From a virus (taxonomy: Duplodnaviria > Caudoviricetes), in IMG/VR virus record IMGVR_UViG_3300022876_000006, positions 1 through 52,293 of that record: 52,293 bases of DNA; one strand, given 5' to 3'. Below are positions 17,597 through 26,890 of the stretch, piece after piece (within the stretch, counting starts at the first letter, position 1; each line of letters begins with the position of its first letter). Both the position numbers and the translations under genes were made by a program. Under the pieces are notes generated by a model. It made no database searches. It was not told the DNA's origin and worked only from the letters and a program-made list of their open reading frames with translations.

Positions 17597-18000
17597 ACCG
17601 ACTCAGCTCGCTCTTCAGCGGCTTCGTTGGCGGCAGCTGCACCCTCGCGCAGGACGAAGACGAAGAACTCGATGTTGGTTTCCAGCAGCTCGGCGGCGAT
17701 CGCTGGGCTGTACTTGATCGGGTTGCCCTCGGCGTCCAGTACGCCATCCCAGTCCTTCACGACGAAGCTCGCCAGCAGCATGGAATGGTTCTGGTGTTCG
17801 GTCTTCTCGCCGGCGACCACGCCCACCTGGCCTTCTTCAAACCGCGCGTCGTTGCGCTGGATCCGGCGGCGCATGCGCTCAAGGGCGACTTGATATTCAG
17901 GGTTGTCGATGCTGGCGAGCAGGATCTTGGTGTCCTTGTCGAAGTTCGCCCAGCGCTCGCCGGTGACGGCCGGTTTCTTTTTGCCCAGTTGCAGAGCCAT
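17515..18000 (-). CDS. Tail assembly chaperone (gpG-like)
   Basis: Between major tail and tape measure genes; VKDWDGVLDAEG motif; in-frame slippery site. Confidence 0.85.
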   Translation of the reverse strand: MALQLGKKKPAVTGERWANFDKDTKILLASIDNPEYQVALERMRRRIQRNDARFEEGQVGVVAGEKTEHQNHSMLLASFVVKDWDGVLDAEGNPIKYSPAIAAELLETNIEFFVFVLREGAAAANEAAEERAESVGKPSTASSGKASGEGKAKNAGRSTRA

Positions 18001-18079
18001 GGTAATTCCTCAACGCCGCGCCAATAAAAGGGCCGCCCCGGCCGGCGTGAATGCCGGGGTGGCCAAAGGTCGAGCAGGT

Positions 18080-19240
18080 TTATGCAGTGACGGTGATCGC
18101 CGCCGTGCTGGTTTTGGTGACGTCCGACACGCTGGTGGCGGTGATCGTCGCGGAGCCGGCGGAAACGCCGGTGACCAGGCCCGAGGAGCTGACAGTGGCA
18201 ACGCTCGGTGCCGAACTGATCCAAGTGACGTTTTGCGCGGCTTCGGCTGGCAGAGCCGACGCGGTGAGTTGGCGAGTCGCAGCAACCGCAATCGACGCTG
18301 TCGTAGGCGCCACCGAGACACTGGCCACCGGCACGAACGGAACGCGGGTGATGGTCGGGCTGACCTTGGCAACGGTGTAGTTCAGCGTCACCTCGATCAG
18401 GTCGCGCTTGCCACCATTCGGAAGTTCGCCGTCCACTTCCACCGCCGGGAAGTTAAAGGTGTACTTGTTGCCCAGGCTGTCGGTGATCGGGAAGACGACG
18501 CCGATCGGCGCCCGGGTGAAGGTGTTCTTCCAAATCTCCCACGCCCGCTTCGACCAGGCGAGCGTGATGCTGCCGGTTATCGCCGCTTCGGTCGCAATGT
18601 GTGCACCCGGGCCGAGACTGTCAGAGCCGAGGCAGCGCTGCGTTTGCAGGCTGTTGTCGAGATTGACGGTCATGGCCGAGACGCAGGCCACGCCCTCCAG
18701 CGACTGGCCATTCACCAAGATCGTGCCGACGTTGTTGTTCGACAGGAACGGCGTGGTGGTCGGTGCATTCGGCGAGACGACGATCGATGTTTCGCTGTCG
18801 GTGTAGTCCAGGCAAGCCATGTTGAAGGTGGCGGTGATCTTGCCATCGGACGGGATGTCGAGCGCGAAAGTCGAAACGTGCGCGCCCTTGAACACGCCGT
18901 AAACGCCGACGTCGTCGTAACCCTTTGCGATGCTGAAGGTATGGCGGGTGTCACCGACGCTCAGCACGTTGCCGGTCCAGTTGCCGTAGAACGCGGCCTC
19001 CAGCAGCTGATCGAACGAGCCGAACGAGAATTCCGCCGTCAGGTCGCCGCCGATATCGATGCTGGTGGCCACCGAGCCTTGGCTCAGCCGGGTGTCGGTG
19101 ATTTCGTCACTGACTTGGGTGTTGACGGTCGGGGTCAGCGCATTGCCGGTCAGGCGCAGCGTGTCCCAGGTGCCGGTCGGGGTAACGCCCGGCGTCACCT
19201 CGGGGATGATGTGTGAAACGACTTTTGCGCCAGAGCTCAT
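18080..19240 (-). CDS. Major tail tube protein with C-terminal Ig-like (Big_2) domain
   Basis: MSSGAKV...EVTPGVTP...SDEI; C-terminal VASVSVAPT...VTWISSAPSVATVSSSGLVTGVSAGSATITATS. Confidence 0.9.
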   Translation of the reverse strand: MSSGAKVVSHIIPEVTPGVTPTGTWDTLRLTGNALTPTVNTQVSDEITDTRLSQGSVATSIDIGGDLTAEFSFGSFDQLLEAAFYGNWTGNVLSVGDTRHTFSIAKGYDDVGVYGVFKGAHVSTFALDIPSDGKITATFNMACLDYTDSETSIVVSPNAPTTTPFLSNNNVGTILVNGQSLEGVACVSAMTVNLDNSLQTQRCLGSDSLGPGAHIATEAAITGSITLAWSKRAWEIWKNTFTRAPIGVVFPITDSLGNKYTFNFPAVEVDGELPNGGKRDLIEVTLNYTVAKVSPTITRVPFVPVASVSVAPTTASIAVAATRQLTASALPAEAAQNVTWISSAPSVATVSSSGLVTGVSAGSATITATSVSDVTKTSTAAITVTA

Positions 19241-19263
19241 TGGAGCCTCCTATTCGCGGGCAT

Positions 19264-19285
19264 AAAAAAACCCGCTCATGGCGGG
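19264..19285 (-). terminator. Terminator at moron boundary
   Basis: CCCGC-loop-GCGGG followed by T7 on the minus strand. Confidence 0.65.
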
Positions 19286-19348
19286 TGGCTGACTGGTAAA
19301 AAGTTACGTCGACGGCATAATCGAAAGTTTTCGTGGAGCAAAAAAGCA

Positions 19349-19966
19349 ATGGAATGGACAGTTGTTTTGCACGCTATCGTAAGCCACATCCCTGACGCGA
19401 ACACAATTGCTGCCATTGCGGGCGCAGGCTCCGCTCTCGCAGCATTTCTAACAATTAGGAAATCTACTGCAAGCAGCGAAAAAGCTGCTGCCACGAGAGA
19501 AAACGAGCGCTTGCTAACCCATGCAGTGACTACGCTAGAGCGATCGTTCAGCGCGTTAGTAGGAAGCAGCCAAAACGGCACGATTCCCCCAGCTAACTAT
19601 CTTAACTGGCTTACCGCAGCTCGACTTATTGAAGAATACAAAGCTACGAAAATCAGAATTAGCGACTCGCTAATTCTCCAAGAGTGCGAAAGCCATGAAG
19701 AGCATTGGCGACATCAATTCTTCATACGTCTCTTCAATTTAGCGGGCCGCACTCGGGAGTACTACTCAAAGGCAACCGGAGGCGAGATATGCCCAGTATC
19801 TGCTGTGATCATCCATTCCTTTGCCGACCGGCCGTATAGCCGCACTGACCCACTATCAAAATATCCATGCGCAAGAATAGCTGCCGAAGATCTCAACCTG
19901 TCTGATTCTTGGTATGCACTTCGTGAATACTGTGAACTCACTAACCAGCGCGGAACCGGATGTTGA
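19349..19966 (+). CDS. Hypothetical protein with N-terminal TM (moron)
   Basis: 205 aa, low GC, antisense to late operon, GGAG SD. Confidence 0.75.
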   Translation: MEWTVVLHAIVSHIPDANTIAAIAGAGSALAAFLTIRKSTASSEKAAATRENERLLTHAVTTLERSFSALVGSSQNGTIPPANYLNWLTAARLIEEYKATKIRISDSLILQECESHEEHWRHQFFIRLFNLAGRTREYYSKATGGEICPVSAVIIHSFADRPYSRTDPLSKYPCARIAAEDLNLSDSWYALREYCELTNQRGTGC

Positions 19967-20336
19967 CGTTGATTTGGTAGAAACCTTCGACCTCGCCGGC
20001 GACCACTTGGCTGGCTTCCATGCACTCAAGGTCGCCGGACATCCAGTAGGCGAAGTGCGCTTCAAGCGCGTCCGCCAGTTCGTTAATGGCTTTGGTTCCG
20101 GTTCGCTCGCGGGCGAAGCACTGAATGCTGATCTGCCCGGGCTTGCGGGTATGCGGTCGGTCGGCCATTCCAGCCATGAAGGCCGAGCCGTACTGAATAT
20201 TCAGCCGGCACCACAGTCCCTCCGCTGGCGGCGTGAACACTTCCGGCTGGTTCGGGTAATCGATCCGCGCCTGGTCAATGCCGGTGAAGGCGACCATGCG
20301 TGCGGTGATGAGCGCCCTGATTTGCTCGAAGGTCAT
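19941..20336 (-). CDS. Tail terminator-like protein
   Basis: Synteny upstream of major tail; IDYPN...WCRLNI...G.ISIQCF. Confidence 0.8.
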   Translation of the reverse strand: MTFEQIRALITARMVAFTGIDQARIDYPNQPEVFTPPAEGLWCRLNIQYGSAFMAGMADRPHTRKPGQISIQCFARERTGTKAINELADALEAHFAYWMSGDLECMEASQVVAGEVEGFYQINVNIRFRAG

Positions 20337-20908
20337 GTGTAGGCCTCCGATACGCCGATGAACGCGAGGTCATAAACCCCGCCGGGCGCCTGCGTGGAGT
20401 GCCCTAGTTCCAGCATCTCGCCGTAGGGACTGTTGGTCTGGATATAGATCACGGGAAACTTGCCCGATGCCTTGATGAGCATGCTGCCCTTGCTGATCGT
20501 TTTGCTGCCCGACGGGTCGCTGTTGTCGGTCACGGTCATGTCCGGAGCGCCTATCGAGACCAAGTGACTGCCCCGGAATGTGCCGCCGATGTACCCCTTC
20601 CCAGCCGCCTGCGCTTTGACGAAGTAGTTCTCTTCACGCTCCCGCTTGGTCAGCTTCTTGAAGGCCTTGCCACCGGTGCGCGCAGCGTTGCGTGCTTCGA
20701 CGTTCGCGTCATAGGCATCAGCCAGCGCTACGTTCTTCGTGCGCAGCTCCACGTTGGCCTGCCATAGGTCAGGGTTACCGACCGGCGAACGGTTCACCAC
20801 CTCCGTGAGCATGGCGGTCGCGATCACTCGCGCCATTTGAGTGATGTCCTCCCCTGCCTGGTCAGCGAACTCCGTGAGGCTATGGCTCCAGCCCGCTTTG
20901 TTGGCCAT
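20333..20908 (-). CDS. Neck/tail completion protein (HK97 gp10-like)
   Basis: SPVGN...G.FRGS...IYIQTNSPYGEMLELGHSTQAPGG. Confidence 0.8.
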   Translation of the reverse strand: MANKAGWSHSLTEFADQAGEDITQMARVIATAMLTEVVNRSPVGNPDLWQANVELRTKNVALADAYDANVEARNAARTGGKAFKKLTKREREENYFVKAQAAGKGYIGGTFRGSHLVSIGAPDMTVTDNSDPSGSKTISKGSMLIKASGKFPVIYIQTNSPYGEMLELGHSTQAPGGVYDLAFIGVSEAYT

Positions 20909-21267
20909 CAGACTTTCCTCAGCTGGATCTCGTAGTGGGCACCGGCCGGGTCGGTCTGGATGTTGACCACGTCGTAATCGTTGATCTTGTGGCCGATGTC
21001 CGGCACCCCACCGATCGTTTCGTTGGTGAGTGCGATCAGCAGCTGGTCTGTGCCGCGGATGTTCACACCGTCTACCTGAGCAATCTTGAACGCGTCGAAG
21101 ACGCCCCGGCCGGTGTAGGCGATCACAATAGGTGGCCCCGCCGCCTCAGTGACCGGATCCCACGTTCCCGGCAGCGTCACGCCGCCACTGAAAAGCTGCA
21201 CAGCGTCCGCCAGATCGGTGTCGAAGGCCTCGGCCAGATCCGCCTGGATCTCTTCACGTAGACCCAT
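20908..21267 (-). CDS. Head closure/head-tail joining protein
   Basis: Synteny; WDPVTE; C-terminal DPAGAHYEIQLRKV. Confidence 0.75.
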   Translation of the reverse strand: MGLREEIQADLAEAFDTDLADAVQLFSGGVTLPGTWDPVTEAAGPPIVIAYTGRGVFDAFKIAQVDGVNIRGTDQLLIALTNETIGGVPDIGHKINDYDVVNIQTDPAGAHYEIQLRKV

Positions 21268-21270
21268 AAG

Positions 21271-21660
21271 TCACCTGTACACGTTGAAACTGAAGCCGCT
21301 GACACGCCACGGTGCAAGCAGGCCCAGCGCGAACTGGACACCGTCGGGCAGCGCGGTGGATTTTGTGGTGTCGATCGAGGCGAACGTCTTGCTGGTGGTC
21401 ACCGATCCGGCTTTCACCGTCTTGGCCTCAAGCGAACCCTCGGTCTGCTGCTGGTACAGCTTGCCCTCAGAGGCCACAACGGCCAGTTCGGCGCCGGCCT
21501 GCTTCACCTCATCAGGAATCGCGTCCATATCGACGCCTACGAGATTGAGCGACGTCAGATATGCGTTCGCCTGCAGCACGGCGCGGGCCTTTTTGTCCTC
21601 TGGTGCCCATGAAGGCCCGAGCTCGGCGTCCACGTCCGCCACGGTGATGTAGGTAGCCAT
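21271..21660 (-). CDS. Head-tail adaptor protein
   Basis: YITVADVD...A.AYL...IPDEVKQAGAELA. Confidence 0.75.
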   Translation of the reverse strand: MATYITVADVDAELGPSWAPEDKKARAVLQANAYLTSLNLVGVDMDAIPDEVKQAGAELAVVASEGKLYQQQTEGSLEAKTVKAGSVTTSKTFASIDTTKSTALPDGVQFALGLLAPWRVSGFSFNVYR

Positions 21661-21700
21661 CAGGCCTCCGCTTGAATGAGTGGGGCCGAAGCCCCGGGCG

Positions 21701-22291
21701 TTACTGGTTGGCCTTCAACAGAGCGAGCAACTCAGGCTTCGAGTCGTTGACCTTGTAGGTAACGCCCTTGGCGTCGAGCTGTTCCTTGATCTGCACGACG
21801 GTAAGATCATCGAGAGCTGAGCCGTTGTTCTGCGGTCCAGGAGTCAGCCGCGCGACTTCTGCGCGGAGCGAATCAACTTCACCCAGCAGTTCATCGCGCT
21901 TGCTCTTCAGTGAGGCGATGCCTTCGTGAATAGAGGTCAATGCATCGAACAGGCGAATCGGCAGTTCGCCGGCGCCAGGATGTTCCAGTGGAGCGAGACC
22001 CTCGGCCGCCTCGATCAGCAGCACGATGCCGTCGCGCTCCGTATTCAACTTGCCGATCAGCTCCTGCAGCGCTGCGCCTTCAACACCGCTTTGGCCATCG
22101 ATCACCAGAACCGTCGCGGGAGCAGCCTGTCGCAGTGTCACTTCAGGCACATCGAAGGCTTCACCCTCGCGGTCTTCGGTGACGTTCGCGTCGACGATGC
22201 GCAAGCCGCGCTCCTTGGCCAGCGCCTTTACGTTTTCCCGGTACTGGTGGAACGGACCGGGCAGATACCAGATTTTGTTGCTCATGATCAT
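21701..22291 (-). CDS. Hypothetical protein with C-terminal HeH/LEM-like motif
   Basis: LTVVQIKEQLDAKGVTYKVNDSKPELLALL; directly after the capsid gene. Confidence 0.75.
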   Translation of the reverse strand: MIMSNKIWYLPGPFHQYRENVKALAKERGLRIVDANVTEDREGEAFDVPEVTLRQAAPATVLVIDGQSGVEGAALQELIGKLNTERDGIVLLIEAAEGLAPLEHPGAGELPIRLFDALTSIHEGIASLKSKRDELLGEVDSLRAEVARLTPGPQNNGSALDDLTVVQIKEQLDAKGVTYKVNDSKPELLALLKANQ

Positions 22292-22335
22292 GTCCTCGCG
22301 GAGCCGAGCACAAAGCCCGGCTCAACAGTCAGGGG

Positions 22336-23304
22336 TTACTTGGAGGCGTCACCGATCAGAGCAACACCGGCGGTGTGCTTGATGCTGGTGGCGGTCTTGT
22401 CCCAGTTGGTGCCGGTCGCCAGTTCGGCGTCGGTCGGAGACTTGCCGCCGGCGGTGGTGTCCCAGGTGTAACCCTTAAGGCCCAGGCCAAAGGTGTAATC
22501 GGTTTGGAGCGTAGTTTCGATGCGCTCCTTGCCGTTGGTGGTCTGGACGTTGCTGATGATGTCGCGGCCGTCGTGGACCATCGCGGCGCCCTGCACCAGG
22601 GACAGAACGATTTCCTTGTTCGGCGTACCGGTCTGCATCAGCGCCGGCGCGTCGGTGACAACCGAGATCTTGCCGAGGATGTCCACCACGCGGACGTTGC
22701 CCGCCTGAAACAGTTGTTCACTGTTAGTGAGCGCTTGGCCGACCAGCTTGTGGTAAGTGGTGCCCTGCATGATCTGAGTGACCAGCGACTGGCTCGCATC
22801 GCCGAACTTCGCGTGAGCGTTGTTCAGTGCAGCCTGGCTGATGCCGGAGGTTGCGGAGACGTCGTTCACAGCGGCTGCCTGAGCGGTGATGGCAGCCACC
22901 AGCGCAGCGATCGCGGTGTTGAGTTGGTCCTTCAGCAAGATCTCGGCGAACGCGCGCGATGCGACTTCGATGCCCTGCGCGGTTGGGCGCTCCAGCCAGG
23001 TCATCTGCGATGGCTCGTAGCGAATCGGACCGAAGCCGCCGGCGACCTTCACCGAGGAGTTCTTCAGCTCGGTCAGGTCGGTGATCGGTGCGGCACCGTT
23101 GGCGGCGTAGCGATCGACACGACGCTGGGCGGCGGCAAGGGTCTGGAAGAACGACTCCTGAAGGAAGTCGCCGGTGAAACCATCAGGCGACAGCAGGATG
23201 GCGCCGCGGCTGGCAGCGTTGAACGCCACCAACATCTGATCCAGCGTTTCGATGGTCGCCGGCATTACGTATTCGTTGAAGACCTGCATTTGCGACAGGG
23301 ACAT
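22336..23304 (-). CDS. Major capsid protein
   Basis: 322 aa after scaffold gene; FNAASRGAI, GLKGYTWD...SPTDAELATGTNW. Confidence 0.88.
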   Translation of the reverse strand: MSLSQMQVFNEYVMPATIETLDQMLVAFNAASRGAILLSPDGFTGDFLQESFFQTLAAAQRRVDRYAANGAAPITDLTELKNSSVKVAGGFGPIRYEPSQMTWLERPTAQGIEVASRAFAEILLKDQLNTAIAALVAAITAQAAAVNDVSATSGISQAALNNAHAKFGDASQSLVTQIMQGTTYHKLVGQALTNSEQLFQAGNVRVVDILGKISVVTDAPALMQTGTPNKEIVLSLVQGAAMVHDGRDIISNVQTTNGKERIETTLQTDYTFGLGLKGYTWDTTAGGKSPTDAELATGTNWDKTATSIKHTAGVALIGDASK

Positions 23305-23316
23305 GAGTGATTTTCC

Positions 23317-24027
23317 TTATTTCTGAGGGAGGTCTGGGAACCGGCTCGCGATTGCGGCCTGTCGTTCCTCTTTGGTGCCGCCGATGTTTCCTTTCGCGGC
23401 CCCGCCGCCTTTCCCAGCACCGCCGGCCCCGCCGCCCGATGCCTTGCTACCAGCGATCAGCGGGCCAAAGGCCGGATCATTGGTAAATTCTGCTTTCAGC
23501 TCGTCCAGCGTTGCCGCCGAGAGCTTTCCGGCCGCATCCAGCACGACGACAGTTGGTTTGCCGTCACGCTGCTCAACGCTGAGCCGGCGTTCGATGTGGG
23601 GAAGCAATGCCTTGGCACTGCCCGGGATGGCCAGAGTGGTCGCAATCTCGGTAGCGGTGCGGCCCACGGTCAGATCCCGGATCTGGCCTTGAAGGGTGCT
23701 GTTGGTGCTTTCCAGTTGGCCGGTCAGCTCAGCCTCGCGGCGCGCGTACTTCTCGGACCAGGACTTTTCGAGCTCTTCGACGTTGCCGGATTTTCGCAGC
23801 GCCTCCTCGCGATCAAGGCGAGCCTGATCCTCGGCGGCTTTGCGCTTCTCGGCCTCTGCCTTCTTCTCATCCAACAGTTCTTGGACTTTGGATTTCAGTC
23901 CGGAAACATCTTCCGGCTGTGGCAGCCCTTCAATGCCGAGGACGAACTTGCCGTCCTTCTCGACGTATAGGGCTTGGATGGATTCGTCGACGCCTTCGAG
24001 GCTATCCAGTTGGAATTTTAAGGTCAT
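23317..24027 (-). CDS. Capsid scaffolding protein
   Basis: LYVEKDGKFVL, coiled coil, Gly-rich C-terminus; precedes capsid gene. Confidence 0.82.
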   Translation of the reverse strand: MTLKFQLDSLEGVDESIQALYVEKDGKFVLGIEGLPQPEDVSGLKSKVQELLDEKKAEAEKRKAAEDQARLDREEALRKSGNVEELEKSWSEKYARREAELTGQLESTNSTLQGQIRDLTVGRTATEIATTLAIPGSAKALLPHIERRLSVEQRDGKPTVVVLDAAGKLSAATLDELKAEFTNDPAFGPLIAGSKASGGGAGGAGKGGGAAKGNIGGTKEERQAAIASRFPDLPQK

Positions 24028-24069
24028 TACTGTCTCCCAGAGACGTAGTGCAGGCCCTGCCTGCGGGCA

Positions 24070-24097
24070 TAAAAAAACCCGCCGAAAAGGCGGGTTC
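24070..24097 (-). terminator. Terminator at moron boundary
   Basis: AACCCGCC-loop-GGCGGGTT with T-tract on the minus strand. Confidence 0.7.
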
Positions 24098-24113
24098 TAT
24101 TTGGTGGTGTTTT

Positions 24114-24362
24114 TTACTCGGTGTACTTCAAGTAGAAGCTCACGCAGTCTTTATCAGCCCAAAGCTCATTGGATCTACTTTCCACAACAAAGAAATTTGA
24201 CTGCGCCGAATCTTGCCCCCATTGAATCAAGACCCTTTCACCAACATCTGGCAGGAATGCTTCTGAGCGAGAAGCGTACTCGCGAGTCATGAGCGTCCTT
24301 GGAGTCAGGCCATTGTGCTGGATAGTCGGCCCTACGAAGTCAAAAGTAACGACTGTTTTCAT
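24114..24362 (-). CDS. Small hypothetical protein (moron)
   Basis: 82-aa low-GC ORF between minor head and scaffold genes, followed by a terminator. Confidence 0.55.
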   Translation of the reverse strand: MKTVVTFDFVGPTIQHNGLTPRTLMTREYASRSEAFLPDVGERVLIQWGQDSAQSNFFVVESRSNELWADKDCVSFYLKYTE

Positions 24363-24427
24363 GAGTGTTTTCAATCCGTGATTGGAGTTCGGTCGGAGAT
24401 AGTAACTCGGTCTCGAGCTCGCTCCAA

Positions 24428-25474
24428 TCAATCCAAGCCAGCCTTCTCAAATGCCAGCGGCTCCAGATCTTTCAGCTGCTGGAGGGTCAGCGTCTTGCCG
24501 TTGTCGTCGATGAACTTGTCGAGGGTCAGCTCACCTTTGCTGAAAAGCGCATACCGGTTCGGCCCGAGAATGTCGCGCTGGAACGCCGCTGGCTGACGAG
24601 TGATCCATTCCTGATAGCTCGTCTTGCTCGAAACTAGCGTCACCCCGTCAGGGCCGATTGAGGGCCGCGTCGAGCCTTTGATCTCGCGTGCAAACTCGTG
24701 CTTCAGCACCGGGATGAGCGTCGTGCGGCAGCCCCAGTGATACGGCGGCTTCGGCCCGTCCAGCGGGATCACCGTCTGGTCGACGCTCATGCAGAACAGC
24801 GTGGTCTTCGAGTCCAGGGTTGCCACCCTGCGCATCCCCGCGAGAATGTCGTCGTTCGCCTTCAGCGTCTCCACTCGTGCCGTGCTGGCGATGTGGTTGG
24901 TCATTGTGCGAACCAGTGCGCCGGCCTGATCCTGCTGCAGCTGGTGAATGCTGGTCAGGCGCCGGCTGATCTGCTGGCTCGTCTCGCCCAGGCTCGAACC
25001 GATCTGAATCTCGCCGATGATCTCGGCGGCCTTCTTGGTTCCAAACTGGTCGAGCGCACCGCTGATGCTGATGCGCTGGATGCCCTTGCGTGCTTCGAGC
25101 TGCAGCGGATCGGCCAGGGCAGCGGCAGAGATCATCTCAGCCGATGGAACATTGAGCTGAACCACCGCCCGGACCACTTTGCCCAGCATCGTCGCGTTGA
25201 ACTGCGCCTCGTAGGTGGCGAACTCGCCGAGATCCAGCTGGGCGCGCCCTTTTAGGTCGTCGTAGATTCCCCGCAAGTCGCCCTGAAGCGTTTCGATCTG
25301 AGTGTTGTACCGACGCGTACCGTAAGCGCTCAGGCCGTCCGAAACGCGCTGCTTTGCCGTCTTGATGGCCTTGCTGATGAACGACGCCACACGCTTCAGG
25401 TTTCCTCCGGCGTATCGCTGGACGTAAACCTGGTGACGCGTGGCGGCGTCCTCAAGAAAGCCTTCATTACTCAT
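24428..25474 (-). CDS. Minor head morphogenesis protein (SPP1 gp7/Mu F-like)
   Basis: ATLDSKTTLFCMSVD...PPYHWGCRT. Confidence 0.88.
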   Translation of the reverse strand: MSNEGFLEDAATRHQVYVQRYAGGNLKRVASFISKAIKTAKQRVSDGLSAYGTRRYNTQIETLQGDLRGIYDDLKGRAQLDLGEFATYEAQFNATMLGKVVRAVVQLNVPSAEMISAAALADPLQLEARKGIQRISISGALDQFGTKKAAEIIGEIQIGSSLGETSQQISRRLTSIHQLQQDQAGALVRTMTNHIASTARVETLKANDDILAGMRRVATLDSKTTLFCMSVDQTVIPLDGPKPPYHWGCRTTLIPVLKHEFAREIKGSTRPSIGPDGVTLVSSKTSYQEWITRQPAAFQRDILGPNRYALFSKGELTLDKFIDDNGKTLTLQQLKDLEPLAFEKAGLD

Positions 25475-26882
25475 CGTTTCCGCCTACTGGTGGCGCACTG
25501 GCCAGCTCTTCGTCGATCTTCTCGTCGGCGCGATCCGCTTCAAGCACACCGCCCTGACGCAGGTTTACCCGGACATCCGACTTCGCAATGAAGCCCTGCT
25601 GCCACAGCTGCACCTGGGCAACGATGTCTTGCGCGGTCATCGTCTCATCGAAGAACGACTGGTTGAGCCAGAACACGGTGCCCTTCTCGTCCGGTGCATC
25701 CATCATGAATCGCTCGGCGTCGATGATGGCTCGCTTCAGGGCCTCGGATACGTTGCCGGCAATAGTGCCCAGCACGCTGTTGTCCGAGCTGTACCGGATT
25801 CGAACAGCCTCTGCAGTCTCGGCGCCGCTGCCCTTCTGAACGACGCGGGCGCCGATCATCAGCATCTGCTCTTCCTTGTCCTTCATCAGGGTTCGGGCGA
25901 GCTGGGTTTCAGTGGCCTGCAGCATGACCGCAGACCCGGACTTGCCGAGGTTGTGCCCGCGCCGTGAGCCGATGTGCATGCCGTTCGGGTTCAGTTTTGC
26001 GAACTCGTCGGTTTCGATGCTGGTGGTGATAAACAGCGTCGGCTGACTGCTGATGAAGCCACTCTCCTCCACCGTGGCGCTGTTGCCGTAGTGCAGGATA
26101 TTGACGTCGGCCAGGTCTTCCAGCGGAGACTTGTCGATGCTGGCATCGTTGTTCTGCGCGCCGTAGAAGCTGAACGGGATGTGATCGAATGGTTGACCCG
26201 CCTTGTCGGTAGGCTGCGTCTCCTCGACACTTTCCTCGCCCTCCTTGTAGACGCGCTGAATGTATCGCCCGTCGACCAGCAGCAGGACTCGGTTCTGCGT
26301 GAACGTCTCGCGGGACAGATCTGCGGCATTGAACTCGGACACACACTCCCGCAGGTTCACGTACACCAGGCGCTTCACGCCATCGATCACCTGCTCGTCC
26401 CAGTCGATAATCGACAGGGCGTCGTAGTGGTGGATCAGGGCGCGCTTTGTGGCAAGGTCGGCCATCGAGCTGACACCGCTTTCAGTGGCAACGGTCGGAA
26501 AGTCGACAAGAAAGCCGCCTCGCCCGCTGTCCAGGCACTCACCAACCGATTCCTTCGACAACTGCTCAAGGCTGGTGCCGTCGCCGCTGGCGTTCTCCTT
26601 CAGGTACTCCACCGCGGTTGGCAGTGACAGCTCTGCCGTCTTTCGAAACACCGCCCCCATCAGGCCGGTGCGCGTGCGACCGGTGATGTTGAGGAACATT
26701 GCCCGCTTCTTGTACTGCTTATAGCGAGCCAGGTTCTCCGGTGATTTGTTTTCCGGGTCTGGCATCGGCAGGTATTCGTCGTGCTTGCGCACCTCTCGCG
26801 CACCGGCTACGCAGCGTTTCACCAACTGCCAGCCAGGCAGGGCTTGTGCGTACTCTGCCCGGGGAGTGCTGAAATTCGCCAT
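25467..26882 (-). CDS. Portal protein (DUF4055-like)
   Basis: Follows terminase; YLPMP...RYKQYKKRA.F.N.T.RT..GL.G; PLEDLADVNILHY. Confidence 0.88.
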   Translation of the reverse strand: MANFSTPRAEYAQALPGWQLVKRCVAGAREVRKHDEYLPMPDPENKSPENLARYKQYKKRAMFLNITGRTRTGLMGAVFRKTAELSLPTAVEYLKENASGDGTSLEQLSKESVGECLDSGRGGFLVDFPTVATESGVSSMADLATKRALIHHYDALSIIDWDEQVIDGVKRLVYVNLRECVSEFNAADLSRETFTQNRVLLLVDGRYIQRVYKEGEESVEETQPTDKAGQPFDHIPFSFYGAQNNDASIDKSPLEDLADVNILHYGNSATVEESGFISSQPTLFITTSIETDEFAKLNPNGMHIGSRRGHNLGKSGSAVMLQATETQLARTLMKDKEEQMLMIGARVVQKGSGAETAEAVRIRYSSDNSVLGTIAGNVSEALKRAIIDAERFMMDAPDEKGTVFWLNQSFFDETMTAQDIVAQVQLWQQGFIAKSDVRVNLRQGGVLEADRADEKIDEELASAPPVGGNDE

Positions 26883-26890
26883 GGATGGCC

